Part shown: positions 22,046 to 36,644 of the stretch, piece by piece
Layout: every line of letters starts with the position of its first letter
How positions within the stretch are numbered: the first letter of the stretch is position 1
NCBI GenBank assembly: GCA_051362555.1
Contig: CM120640.1
Location: forward strand, 44,928,788 to 44,992,787
Direction of reading: 5' to 3'
DNA from: Lingula anatina
Taxonomy: Eukaryota; Animalia; Brachiopoda
DNA: 64,000 bases
Made by a program: the position numbers and the translations under genes
Notes under the pieces: generated by a model
Database searches by the model: none
What the model saw: the letters and a program-made list of their open reading frames with translations, nothing else
What the model was told of the DNA's origin: nothing

Positions 22046-25000
22046 AATAATAAAAATAAAGCTATACTGTCTATACTACAATGGGTATTGAATTTTGTGA
22101 CAAGAATTAAGATATCATCTCATCATTTTTCTTCAGTGTGAATATCTGTCCAATCTATAAATTGTTCCTTTATCCTCTTTGATATCACAGTAAAATACCT
22201 TGCATTGATCTTTTTCTTCATCTACATAATTGATCACTCCATGCAAACTAAAGTCCTGATATAGTATACAAGAATAACATCTGGTACATTCATTTTCCAT
22301 AGCTTCTAAACTTACAGCTTTCAGTATCTTTTCAATTTCTTGCAGTTCTGCCTTTTCTTTGGAATCCTCTGTATGGTCTTTCATTTTGCTGTGCTCTATC
22401 ATAACAAAAAAGTGTATTGATCTTTAATTAATTTGCAGATTATTCAAACAAACCCTACCTACATGTATTCTCCCCTACCAAATAAATGAGGCTTTCTCTT
22501 TTTAATCTATTTAATTGGTTTAAAACAATAGAGGCAAGTATATTTTCTAGCAAACCTTTATCAAATTCCCAGAGTTAAGGTAAAGATATTGATAATTTTA
22601 AATGTCATACAATAATTCAATTTGGAATGTATTCCATATATTTCACTCTTTAATACAAATCAATAAATAACACACTATAAATCAGAGAAAAATATTGTGG
22701 AGTTAAGTTCTACCTTGAATCTTTGTCTTCTCTTCCTCCTCCTCCTCCTCATGCATTTCCTCTTCAGAGTCTGAGAGTGCCAGCACCTTGATCTTCTCAG
22801 CAATGTCTGCCAGTTCATTGTCCTCCAGGTCGTTCACCTCCCTCCTCACTGAAACTGACTTGTCTGTCTCATCTGCTATGAGGATGTGTTCCCAGGAGCT
22901 GCCTTCTAGTTCTAGGAGTTAGAGGAAAATGTTGTGAGAGAATGGATTTTTTTCTTCAAACCCATAGAACAATGACCTTTTTGAACATTTTACTTTACTG
23001 GCCCTTGTTAGTCAGTCTCAGAGCGCATGTACTCATAAGTGGCAATTTTTTTCTGCAGCAAAAAATGTTGACTTTAAAAAGATATTAAAATTATACCCTT
23101 AGAGAAAAAAAACCCACATAAATCAAAATGACTCTTGCCAAATAAATACAGATCTGCTTTTCCCATCTGGGAATTACTTAAATAAGAGGCTTCTAGATCT
23201 ATCTTCAATTACTTGAATTATGAAAAAAAAATTATAACATACAATGTGTATTGAGGCTCATAAAAAAATCACAGAATTTCAAGGGTACCTCAAATAAGGC
23301 AATGCTATATTCATTTTATGTACTTCCAAATATCATTTTCAAGCAATGGAAGACATTAAGTAAATTAAATGTGGTAGCCTGTCAGCTGAATTAAATGCAG
23401 AAATGTACAGTCATTAATAACTGCATTATTTTTTCTGCGAGACTGAATTGTTATCTGTTATTCACATGAGTGTCATTTCATATTATCTCGACTCAGTGAA
23501 ATCTGTCCTGAGGTATCTATCCTCAGAGCAATTTACTTCATTTTTTCAAGTGAATTTTGTGACATGCATACATCATTACATCTCTGTTTTTTTCCCCCGT
23601 AGTCACTACACATCTTACCATCTATGAGGTCTCTCTTCATAGCTATCTTTTTCTTTCTTGGTGGTTTCTGGGGAGCAAGTTTGCCGGCTGATGGGGGAGA
23701 TGTTTCCAAGTCAACCTGTACTTCAGCAGACACCTTTGTTGTTTTAGCAACAGCTTCTGCCTGCAGTTTGAGCATGGACAGCTCCTTGAGGAGATCATTA
23801 TGCTGTGCAGACTGGAGCTCACATTGCTTCTCCAGAGCTTCAATCTTGCCCTGCAAATACACATAAATAGGTACAGCCAAATCCTTTTTCTTTCTGATGG
23901 TTGAATTCATAATGTCTAGAAGCTCTACCTATTCTCGTCTGTATGTCCTTTTTTTTTTATAGAAAAACAAAAAGCAATTTTCTGTTTGAAAACAACTGAA
24001 AAGTTAAGTATAGATTATTTTGCTTACCTGGAGACTTTCAATAATATTTTGACTTTCCTTGGAAGCTTCATCTTTTTCCTGAAAATATAAGATATGTCAC
24101 TGAACATTCTGGATACAATAGCTTCTGGTAAAAGCAATCTGTGGTAAAGGCATAGAAACATGAGATATATCTGATAACACACAACTGCTGGGAAATAAGA
24201 TCTTTTTTACCTTCTGCAATGAAGTAGCTAGTTGTTCTTTCTCCTGTAGCTTATTCAAGGCCTCCTTGTGGGCAGCATCCAGTTCTTTTTGCTTTTCTTT
24301 AGCTGCTTGCATAAGCTATGTAAAACAAAAGAGAAAAATCACACTATTTATGTCAGTTTTATCTTGACTTTTACCTGTCTAGCTGATTTTCAACTGAAAC
24401 ATATGAGACTACAGAAAAACAATTCAATCTAGTTAAAAATTTCATTCAACAACAACAAAAGAACAACCCTTCTTTAAATTACACACTGATTTGAACTTTT
24501 CAAATAGCAAATGTTTAAAGAACATCTGCAAAGTCAACCAGGCTTTAATTCACAGAAAATTACAATACAATATCTGAGTCATTTCTTCAAGCCCTAAAAC
24601 TGTTTTATTGTGATTATTTCTAATGCAGGCAATCCTTTCATCAAATAAAACACCAACTGCAGAATTGCTTGAAGTAAGACATTTTACAACCACCCACACA
24701 TTTCACAGGGAAAAGTAGCTTCCTCATTAATCATAGAAATACTTGATGCCAATCTTGATAAAAACTTCCATTATACCAATAATATGTGTTGGCCATGTAT
24801 TCATCAATGGTCTTCTTTGTATAGAGAATAAAACGGTGGATAATGATTATTGAGAATCTTGCATAAGACACAATGGCAAAGATACAATTAGAGCATTGCA
24901 GTTTATGTTTCCAAGGCTAAATATGTAGCACTTTAATAATCACTGTGCTGTACTAATGTCATGACTTCATCTCCTGACAAGATCCAAAGCAGGCAGAATA

Positions 25001-28000
25001 AGGGTAACCAATATTGTGTTGATCAGAGCAATCTCTCTGTGGGAGCTAGCTGTTCAACAGTGCATGAATAATGCTCCTGCTGCAACAGTCTATTTCCAGG
25101 TCAAGCAAATCATTTTATTTTTGAAAACAATATTCTAAAAAGGTTCCATCTGAAAACTAGCTTACAAAAGAAGATCTGCAAACCATTATTTTTCATCCTT
25201 ACCATTCTCTAAGGTCAATAAGGAGAATTCAGATTTCAAAAACCTTTCCCTAACTACCATTTCTAATTAAAATGTCACTGTCTTTCAGACACATTACAGA
25301 AAAGAAACTTTATAAACTTTCCTGTCAATTTAAAAGAAAATCTTCTACGAGGTGACAACTTCCTATCCCTGGTTGCTCATATACACTGAGAGAAGAGCGT
25401 AAAGTTGAACACCTTTAAATGCATCTCAAGATAATACATAACGCAACATGATACATGATATTCCAATTGTCTAGCTTACATCAATGTGGATGTTTTTGTA
25501 TATAAAATTTAATGAGGACCTCATCACACAGGTCATGACAAATAAGAGATGATGTATGACAGACAATTTCAAAATAATCACACTTAAGTCCATTCCATTA
25601 CAATTATATGTCAAGCCTTTTTCATGACATTTCATGACATTTCTTCTTTACTTGCCTTTTACTTGTCAGCAAACTTTATGTAGACTGTCTAGATCAAAAT
25701 AAATGACACCAGACACAGTGACCTGCCTGACAACCTCATAACAATCACTTTGATTCTCAACACAGCATTTCAAACCACAGCCCTTTGACAAACCTCTTCT
25801 CCTTGCCTCTAAACTTTCTACTCTCAGTACTGTTTCATGAATGACCCAACTGGCTATTAGGCATGATTGCTTAAATTCAACATTAATTTTCCTATTGGAG
25901 AAAATCAATAAGATTATTTGAAGTAACCCTAGAGAGGTTCTAGCAAGACTGGGGAATTCAGGGGAGAGATATTACTGTGATATCTAAAGCAAACAGTGCT
26001 CTCAGGACCTGGAATCAGATGTGAATAAAACTCTTTCTTAGCCCTAGAGATAAGGAAGCAATACAGTAACCATTATATTCAGACTGTTCTAAAAAACCAC
26101 ATGCCATATTTGCTAAGAAACCTGCCTTCAATATCATAAAGGAAGTTGACAGAAAAAAATGGCTATCGTTATCAGATTTAAGTTCAGCCATTTTCGTAAG
26201 ATTAAGAAAATTGACCAAATTTATATGATGATTTCTGGCAAACTGACCAAATTAAAAAGTAACATTAAAATTACATCAAGGTAATCTGTTTCATAAAATA
26301 TAAAATGTGCAAATATAAAAAACTGTCTATATAGCTCTTTTCAGCTGCAATAAGAATGCTGTATAAGGTTGAATCCATGCAATTCTACATTTAAATTTAA
26401 AGAGACCTCCTCATTATATGCCTTAAGTCTAGGTTTTATGACCAAATGCTGACGACATAAAGGTAATACCAGTTTGTCTTGTAAGCTCAAAACAACCTTA
26501 ATTATTCCATTAATCATCCTAATTAAGAGATTATTACTCAAGCTGTTAATCTACTCAACACTGCCAGATATTTTCCAGGAAATTGCAACCACATACCATG
26601 CTGCTTATATAGATATTTTCATATAATAATAATAATTGCACAGCTGAACTTCATGACATATGGTAAAATGGCTTGATCCTGTATTGAAATTTTTCAGTTG
26701 AATGTGTATCCGAGTACATATGGTACACTACTGCCATGTGATAAAGCTGGTTGTTTCCATCTAAACATTTTTAAGTTTAATAAAGATATTTGTATTATTA
26801 TTCCCCAATTCCAAATACAAGATTTATAAGATTTATGACTTTCAGTTACTTACAAAAATATACTCCCTGACACAAACTCAAGTAACATTCTGTTAACCAT
26901 TGATTTTTGATATTACAAATGAAAATCAATTAATTGACTTAACTCAAATTTGGGAAATAATAATACCAGACTGAATATGTTAAATATGTTGATGCATAGT
27001 TAATAGAAAACAAATAACATGGAATCATAAAATCTGTACATTTTGAAGACAAAAACTTAAATCTATACCTGCTCCAAAGGTTCCAGTTCCGAAATCCTCT
27101 TCTGTAAAGTGGAAATTTCTTCCTTAGCTGCCTTGCACTCAGAGTTTTTTACTTCAACACTGGCCCTCAGTGTTTGACATTCTTCTGTTATCTAAAGATA
27201 TAGAGAGGAAAATAAAAGACTTGAAGATCAGGTTAAAGTTAACGTGTTCCAAAGATAATAAGAAATACCTGTTACACAGTCACTCTCTGTGACCATCATT
27301 GTATCTGTAGCCTCTGTATAGTTACTTTGAATGAATTGGAGAATATCTTATTTATCTGAAGAAAGTTTGTATCTCTGAATAATCCGTATGTCATTTAACA
27401 TCACTACCAGTCATATAATTTAAGTAATTATCATCAAATTCAGCTAAAACTCAGTGTATGCCATCAACAAGAGAAAAAAATCAAACCCTAGCAATGTCTG
27501 ACAAAAATCTTTTTTATTAAAAAGCAGCAAAGTTTAATTCAAACTTTTCTTCAATATCTCAACCACCTTTAACTTCAGCTATGACCAGAGACCAATCAAC
27601 ACCTATGGTCAAAATAATAAGGCCACATTCAAGTCCACACCCCTATAAGACTAGGTACATCCTTATCACCTTTACAGGAGAAAAACATCTTTAAGCAAAT
27701 CTTTTAATATTTTACCCTTAAAATCAAAGCACTTCTGTATTTAAGCACATCTTAAGTCATTGAACTATTGATCAGGTATCCATCTATCAGTCATTTTGCC
27801 TCAGGTATGCATAGCCTTCTCTCACACCTGGCACTAAGTGGCCATTATGTGCCATTTGATCCTTTTACACTTAAACTGTTCAATCACTGTCTTCAGAAGC
27901 TAGGCTCGAACTGGATCATGATTTACTGTCAAGTGTATTTCAAGCAAACAGTTAATGAAAAATGCTTATTGATTGTCTAGTCCAAAAAAAAAAAAAAAAA

Positions 28001-29193
28001 ATCAATGTCTGCAGATGCGGCAAGAGGTGGCTAAAATTGCACTGACTACCAATCAAATTGGCACTGGCTGTAGCATCTTATCCCTAAATATAGACCCCAG
28101 TAGAGGATACAGAACTTGATTGAGTTGCTGCAAGTGCAGAGGTCACTGCAGTGGAAGAACAAAGGATTATGCTCAATTTTTGAGCATAATTGTCAAAATG
28201 ATATCACAAGAGTGCACACAATTCAGGTGATTTCCCAATTGGATGTTCCTGTTGTAGAAGCTCTCTGTCTCCTCTGTATGCGTGCCAGAAATGGTTATAT
28301 CACTAAATCCCTGTTGGTCACCCTTCATTAAGTATGGACACAGAATCTGTCCATCTTAACAAAAGGGAGCTGGTACCTGATTAATCATCTTGTTCATTCT
28401 TACTAATTTGGTTACGTAAGTCTGCAAAGATCCACTGAATACAGTTCAATATGGACAATTTTTTTCCAATAGTTCATCACTGAGATTTTCTTTAGTCAAT
28501 ATACATACATTAATTTAGTATTTTAAATCCATAGGGGTCCAGCTTAGATAAATTAAACCCCTGTAAAGTACACATTTGCCTTCTTCCTTCTTTCCCTTTA
28601 TTATCAGCTATCCCTACTTCATTAGTTTATCTATTCCAAATGAATTTAAAGTTGCTGTTAATTATGTAATAACTATCTAATCTACACTGCACTACATCTG
28701 TATCTAAAAAAAATTCTATGCTGTCCCCAAAAAATTGGAATAAGACAGTTTTGATTGATCGACAGACTGTTTCATTTTCTAGTGCCCTGAGCTTTAATCG
28801 AGATCTTGCAGTGTGTCAGCATAAAAAAACATCCAATATCTAAGCAAGGAATCTCTTCTACCAGTAAATCAAGGTTTTGAAACTGGCCACATGTACCAAA
28901 TAATCAATTATCTTTCTTCTACCTTATGAATATTTAAACGTGAACAGTTAATATACTATCATGCGACTTAGATGACAAAACAAAATCCAATGACTGTGCT
29001 ACCCCTCTCTCTCCCCTTGCTGGATATCTTAAATATGAAGACTGAAAAAGAAACATTTGCAAAATAAACAGCCTTCTATAAGTAACATTACATTCTAAAT
29101 CTGGAGATGCCCATAAATATGAATCAATGTGAAGTAGTTGTGGTTTAAATATCATATTTCAGTTCTGTACTGTACATTCTTAAATGTCTTTGC

Positions 29194-29224
<31 letters not shown>

Positions 29225-32200
29225 AAAAAAAAAGAAAAAAAAAAACAGTTCAAAAACAACTACCAGAGACGGGAAAATTTTGTGTTGAGGTTCTTTGCAG
29301 TCTAATGAATACATTTTGTGTTTTCGAACAGATTCTGAGTGATCAAGTCATGAAACAGGTTCACATCAATTTGCACTGTGGTGACTGTAATAATACCCCA
29401 AGTCAAGGTTTTGAGCAAACAAATACCTTTAAAAATTGCCTGTATTCCTTGAGGAGACAGGAGACACGCATGCAATCACCCGAAGGTTCTAATGGCTATT
29501 GAAGAAACCGAACAAATCAATGGAGTCCATTTGCAAAAGTTAAGCGAGTCAATTTTCTCAGCTATTTTCTCAAGTTGTATACATGCTACTTTTCAATCCT
29601 CTACACAGGTTTTTTTTTACTGTAAACACAATCTGTATGTCAAATGTACAAATCTATTTGTATACAGATAGAACCTTACTCTGCCCAAGTGAGAAGGCAT
29701 GAGCACATTTTTCTTTGATAAATTCTGTAAAAACCATTTGAGTTACAAAGAATTCTATGTAAGGTCTAGAGGGCTTCATTATTGAGACATTCAAAATCAA
29801 TATAACATTGTAGCCAATGTTCCCGTATCAATTGCCTGTAAAACTAATGAACATATTACAACTATCTTCAAAATTCACTGGACAGTTGTCTCCAAATATA
29901 TCTTCCAATTGTCTCAAACCATTTTTAAAGATAAAAAGTAGCAATAATCTCCAAAATTAACAGGCTGCAAAAGAGATTATTTGTGTTCTTTCTGCTTGAG
30001 CATCATAGTAACTCTCTCTCTTGACATCACGATAGTAGCATGATCAAACTGGGCAAATAATTTCTTCAAAGCATTATTATATATTGGTCATGATATATAT
30101 GCTTTATGTTCTACATGAACCCAATTAACTGCTCCCTTAAAATGGCTGCAATGCAATAGGACAATTAGATCTTCCACAAAGCTATGCATGGTTTAATGCA
30201 ATCAATTCAATCTAGACCATGCAAGTAATTACAATGAACTACTGGTAAAAAAAAACAAACAAACACAGTGAATTACTGGTACTTCTTTGTACAGCATACT
30301 AAAGAAGAAAAACACAATTCTTTTTTTAAAATAAACTACATTACAAGGCAACATTTGCCTAAAGCATGTTAGCAACCAATGGAAATTTCCTACCACCTAC
30401 TTCCTTCATTACCTAACTTTCCCTGGAAAACATTATCTTTTGATAAAGGCTATTTACTGGTCCTTAAGCATTTAGTAAATAGAGGCATTTTAGAGAACAT
30501 CTAAGCAAATTGAGCACCTAGACATGTTCCCTTACAGTCATTAGTGGTTTTATAGCCAAAGCTAGACAAACTTCACAACTTCATTCTCAAATATTTGATA
30601 TTCAGAAACATTTTCTTCCATTTTATACAGAAAAAAAAACAAGAAAATTCAAGAATACAAAGCCTGCTTATGGAAAGCATTCTGAATCAAAAATCCAAAT
30701 CCAGAATTTGAATTCAGTTCCCTTGGGTACTATTGAACTTTTCTCATTTTTTCAATAAAAAAAAACCATAAATAATTGCAAATTTGTTAATAAATAAAAA
30801 TAAATAAACCAATTAAAGGAAAACCCCATTTATTGTGATATATTCTTGAACCCCCCCTCCAGCCATCTCCAATATTCATCCTCCAGAAAAGAGCCAATAA
30901 CTCAAAATACACAAGAGATCCCCGCATGGTCAATAACCTTAAGTTTTCTTTGCATTTAGGTAATGAAATGCTTGATTAAAAAATCAGTCCCAGAAACTCA
31001 CAGCAAAACAGTACTTAATGCAGACTGTTTGCCTAAAACAATAATTTAAGGGCTAGGTCAGAGAATCTATTGAGGGGAGGGTGCTATTACATTTTGTACC
31101 TTTGGAGATTCTCTGTTATGGGAGTTACATTACCTTTTCAAAATCCTGCAGTTTCTGATATAGCTCAGTGGTCTGTTTGGTCAGCTCTGTATTCTTCAGT
31201 ATCTGAGTTTCTAGCTCTCCTTGCTAAAACAGCCAAGTATTAATACATACAAGCTACCAAGATATAAGTCATCCATCATAGTTTTACCAATCAAATAAAA
31301 CTAAACTCTCACTGCATATTTTTAATCTCAATATTCTTATATTTTAATAAGAAAAAAATCAATTCACAGTGTATGATGTGCATGAATCTACATGTACACA
31401 AATATCTATTGACACATGGAGCATGTACATTTACAAGTGCTTATATATACCATGCAACGTGTTGGTCAAGTGTATATGTGCATGATTATGCATGTGCATG
31501 AACGCAAACATAAAATGTACTCCAAGTATGTGCTCACACAAACTGTACACTTACCAGTTCCAAACTTTTGCCTTGTTGCTCCTTTAAAAGGCTCTTCACA
31601 TCCTCAAATTCAGAAATCTTGATATTCAGTTCACTCCTCTGCAAAATACAAGAAATCAATGTGGCAGTGCAGTGGGCGAAATATGGTAATAAACCAGAGC
31701 ATAGTAACTTGACTGCTCCACACTTTGGTGCCAAATTAGACAAAAGATGAGACAATTTAAACAGTCCGTGGCTTAATGAAGACTAAAGGAAAACCACTAA
31801 TTACACATCTAACTTAATTTGAAGCCAATAGAATAGATGAGTGGTGAAAATGCAGTGAGCGTCTCAACTTGACTTCATTAGATCACAAATGGAGAAGATA
31901 ATCAAGTATAACTTGCTTATAATCACGTAATGAAAACTCAACAGTATTAACCACAAGTGTTGTTGAATAATCCCACTTGAAGTTTCTCAACAACAATCCC
32001 AGACACCAGTTGATGATCCTATTACAAGCACAAAAAATACCTCTTATGAAAACAGATAGTACAGCTGTCATACAATAGCTGCCAACTGAAAGAGCATCAC
32101 TTTGAGAAGCAACTTTGGTCACGTAATAGGCTGTGCAGTTTCGAGGTGTTGCACAGAGTTAATCTTCTTGTGTGCAAAGATACAAGTGGCTCTGCTTAAT

Positions 32201-35200
32201 GAATTCCAAGAATAATCTTTGGAATTATGAAGCATTTCTAAGTTGCTGGTCCAACATCAATAAAACAGGCCATCCAGTCACTTATTTATGGAAATTTAAT
32301 GACCAAGATCAATGGAATATATTTTTTTAATTCCCTCTCGCAAACAGACTTTAATAAAATGGCATTTTATATAAATCTTTGATGTGTAAATTGATATAAA
32401 TCAAAAATAAATATGTAATTATATAAGAAATACATAAATAAACACAAATACAGATACATGCCTAATAGGCTTTTGTTTATCTAGCTTTAAATGTATCACC
32501 CCATTCTCATAGATTAGATCGACCTACATTGGATCGACCTAACTCCCTGGGGGTTCACGCTAAATAGCTGTCAGCCGGGCGGACACGAAAGTTAATTACC
32601 CCTTAAAGCTTGTAGTAGGCGGGGACGGACACTTAAGGGGGATTATCTGACAGTAATCTAGTGAGACTCCCCGCGGTGATAGATCGATCTAAAAGTTGTG
32701 AGAACAGAGCCTATACCTCTAAATTCTGCCTCACAGGCAATAATATTGTATCAAAGGGAGCATTCCCATAAACCCAAAGTACTAGCTGGATCGATCCATC
32801 CCTGTGGGGATTCTCGCTGAATTGCATTTAGTGTAAGTGGCTTAAATGTCTGGCACACCTAATCAAGCTGCTAGGAGGTAATTAACAACAGTTAATTACC
32901 CCCTAGTTACTCAAGAAGACGTGCCAGACAATTAAGCTGATTACACTAAAAGCGCTTTAGCAAGAAGCCCCGCAGAATTACATCTATCCAGCTAGTACAA
33001 TGGGTTTATGGGAACGCAATAAAAAATTTGAATGCCTGCTGTACAAAACAGAGCACTGCATGAGAAAAAGAACTCGCTTTAATGAATTCTGCACAGAGAC
33101 ATGCATTCTTTTAATAATAACGAATGATTGTGTGAACATTTGATTAAATAGTGAAATAATGATGCAAATTTATGTAGTATGAGACACACCATATCAGAAC
33201 TAACCTATACCGGTAGTGCATATTTGAGTGCATGTATGTGCTTGTGTTTAACATTACATACATTAACCCACACCTTATATAAAGATGTATGTGTATACCA
33301 GTCCACAACATTAAGTACTGCCAGAATGTGTGGGAAGTATATTCTTTTAAGTCATGCAATGCTCTGGATCAAGTGGGACAGTATGATAAGAACTGATGAT
33401 GGTGTGTGGGCATGACTTTCACATGCAATCCCACTGCATTATATATACAATGTGTGATGGAAAGCTGATCTGCAGATCACACGGCATCACCTACACAAAA
33501 CCTTGTTTTTAATTTTCTCTCTTATTCTGATCAAGTCACAAAAATTAACCAGCCATGATATATCTCAGTAGGATACAGAAAACACACAATGAGATATAAT
33601 TTACAGACCCATCACTCTAGAAAGCTAATATCCTTTTCTTTTAGGTGATCACATTGATCTATTAATTTGATCGATGGACAATATGAATATTCAAATCCAC
33701 ATATCCCCAAACAGAAAGATGTCTCAGGGGATCTAGGCTCAACAAATCAATGACCTTCGGCTCCCTACCTCCCAAGCCAATACAACTATTTTTTCACACT
33801 GTAGTCTACTTCTGCATGTACAATTAATTGGTAACTTTACTGTGTCTTCAGGGACTCCAAAGCAACAACTAATGTTGGCAATTCTTTTGGTAAGTCTTTC
33901 GGTGAATTTTAAAATCTAAACTACTTTTTTGACCCAAATCACAACAGATTGGGATAAAATTGCGATTTCTTTTTCTTTTTTTCTCCATATCTTATCAATT
34001 CCGTATGCCAAACTTGTCCCAAGAAAATAGACTGATCAATCCTACAATGCAAAAAGCAATTGTGAGTCCCTTTATCAAAATAAACTAACCATAACTCTGC
34101 TGTAGCACATCACCAGTTTACATTCTTAGGTGAAAAGATGCCTTGGGGAATGTTGTAAGATCACGATTCTTCAGTTTAGACCAATTATAAATTGCACTAC
34201 AGAAACCATCCAGATTCTAGCTAGACTAATCAATCACATTCAATTGTGCTGCCTGAGAGATGGGAAGACTTTATCACAGCACTTGTGAAATTATCAGAAT
34301 CACCCTCAATTTCTTATGAATTGTGATGTGCGATCAGTATTATAATTGTGCCATGTTAGGTCGATTTGTAGCTAACAGCAGAATGGTCTTGTATCCCTTT
34401 TTACTGTTAAGAAAAACAAGAATTCAAGATGCAGGTATTGATCGATAGAGGTGCTTCTGAACTTGATGCCACAAAACTAACACATGGTTGTCTTTTTAAG
34501 CTGCAGTAGTATCCAACACAATCTGTAAGTCACATCTAACACAATGTCATCTCACATACAATGTTTTAAAACACATCAAACATAATGGTATAAGTTGCAC
34601 CTTAAACGATGCTACATCATTCACAAGATAAAATAAGTCACATCTAATACATTGTTATCAGTCACATCTTGTACACAACACTGTAAGCTAATCTATATCA
34701 GCAGATTTCTCACACCCTAAAACCATACATTTACGTTAAACCCAATAAGGTTCTTTATATCCTATGACGCAATGGCAGCTGACCTGCTATGATGTACAAA
34801 AATAACACAAATGTTCTATTAAAAAAATAGCATATCTCTTATGTTCAACCATACAGAAAAACCATGAGCCCTTCTTAACAGGTTCTAAGCTTAGAGGCAG
34901 GGCCATGTTCCGGCAGCCTGTGGATACAAGGGATTGTGCTCCACCTACAGTATGGCCACAAGAGCACTTGAATCCAGGGTCATCGTGGTCATAACGATGA
35001 ATGTGAGGCTTCCATTCAAAGAATCTGTACAAAGCAGACAAGCACAAGCAGGAATGAAGTACTTACCAATCGATCCCTCTCTCGCTCTGCTCTGTGTGTG
35101 GCTTCAACCTCTTCCTGCGCCCTTTTAACACTTTCTTCACTCTCCTTACACTTGTGATGGTAGTCTTTCTCCAATTTTTCTAATCTTTCATGTAAAGCAT

Positions 35201-36563
35201 GGGTGTTTTCCTCAAAGCTTTCCTGAAGTTTAGATTGTTCTAGTTCGCTCTTTTCTAGTTCTCTTCTCAAAGCTTTATTGGTTTCTTCCAATGCCAATAG
35301 ATGACTGTTGTCTGCCTCGGCATTCTGTGCTTCGGTAAGCTGAAAAGCATGTCATATGTATCAGGAATCAGGAATTGAATGATTTATGGCATGACAGTGT
35401 ATGAATGTACTTCGTTAGGGAGAATTCAGTTCACATAATATTAGGATAGTTTTAAGTGAACACACATAAAAGAATTGCTCATGGTATGAAAAAAAGGCTG
35501 TCAGCTTTCCCTTTTATCTTGTTAGAAAGTTCTAGCAACTGCAGTCTTGTTATCAATCAATGTACACGTGTCTTGCATTTACCTGTCACTGGGGGGCACT
35601 CTTGCATGTCTTTTGTCATAAATATCATTATAGTTACAGAGATAGTACATGCAATTTTGACATTTAAAAAATTGAGTTTATAAAATTCCCTGGAATTCTC
35701 AGCAATTTTCCCATGCTTATCATTTTCAAGTTTTAATCTCAATAATTCTCTATAAAATTCATTTAGAAGACATTGCTTCTCTTGACTTAAGCTGGATGAA
35801 TGACCACATGCATTCAGTACATTTTTGTTTGGTACAAAAATTCAATTGCTTTATCTCAAAAGGATGTTCTGTGCTGTTTTTGTGATATAAAAGAAGTTCA
35901 TTTTAAGTCTTATAAAAGGAATGGCTAGTGCAACAGAGAGGTAAGATTTATTTCCCAAGGTCACTGATCAAATCCTTGGCCCAGATAGAACATTCTGGAC
36001 TGAACCATCACAATGGGACTAGAAATGCACTTTTAACCAAGTTACCTTCTCCTCAAGCTGCTGCAACTTGGTCTCAAGATCAAGAACCTCCTGACTGAGT
36101 TGATTATTCTTCTGGATGGTTACCCGTAATTCATCTTCCTATAAACAGATAATACCACGTCATTCAATAAAGGCCTACCTGATACAGAGCTGGATATTGC
36201 AGGATACTGCACAAATTGAAAAGAAACTTTTTACAGGGTTAATTCAGTAAGAGATAGTTTGGTTTGACATAAACAAGTTGATTTCATTTTCTTTTCTTTT
36301 TTCTTGACTTATCTCTAGCATTTAGCTTAACCATTAGAGGTCTGAACTCAATATTAAATTTAATCTATACAGTAAAATATACACATGCAAACACGCCTGT
36401 ATGGTGAATTAAGTCAAGTATAAACACACTACCAATTATTTCTTCAACAATACGCTACCATGCACTGGTTAACATGTTCATGATATCTTAATGTTTAAAT
36501 GTACCCAAAAATATGTGTGTGTGTGTGTATGTGTGTGTGTGTGTGCATGACATACATGCCTGC

Positions 36564-36644
<81 letters not shown>

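Noticed and set aside
34525-34670. Repeated taagtcacatctaa.aca.tgt.atc motif ~110 nt apart
   Set aside because: Two short degenerate copies; an ordinary local duplication.
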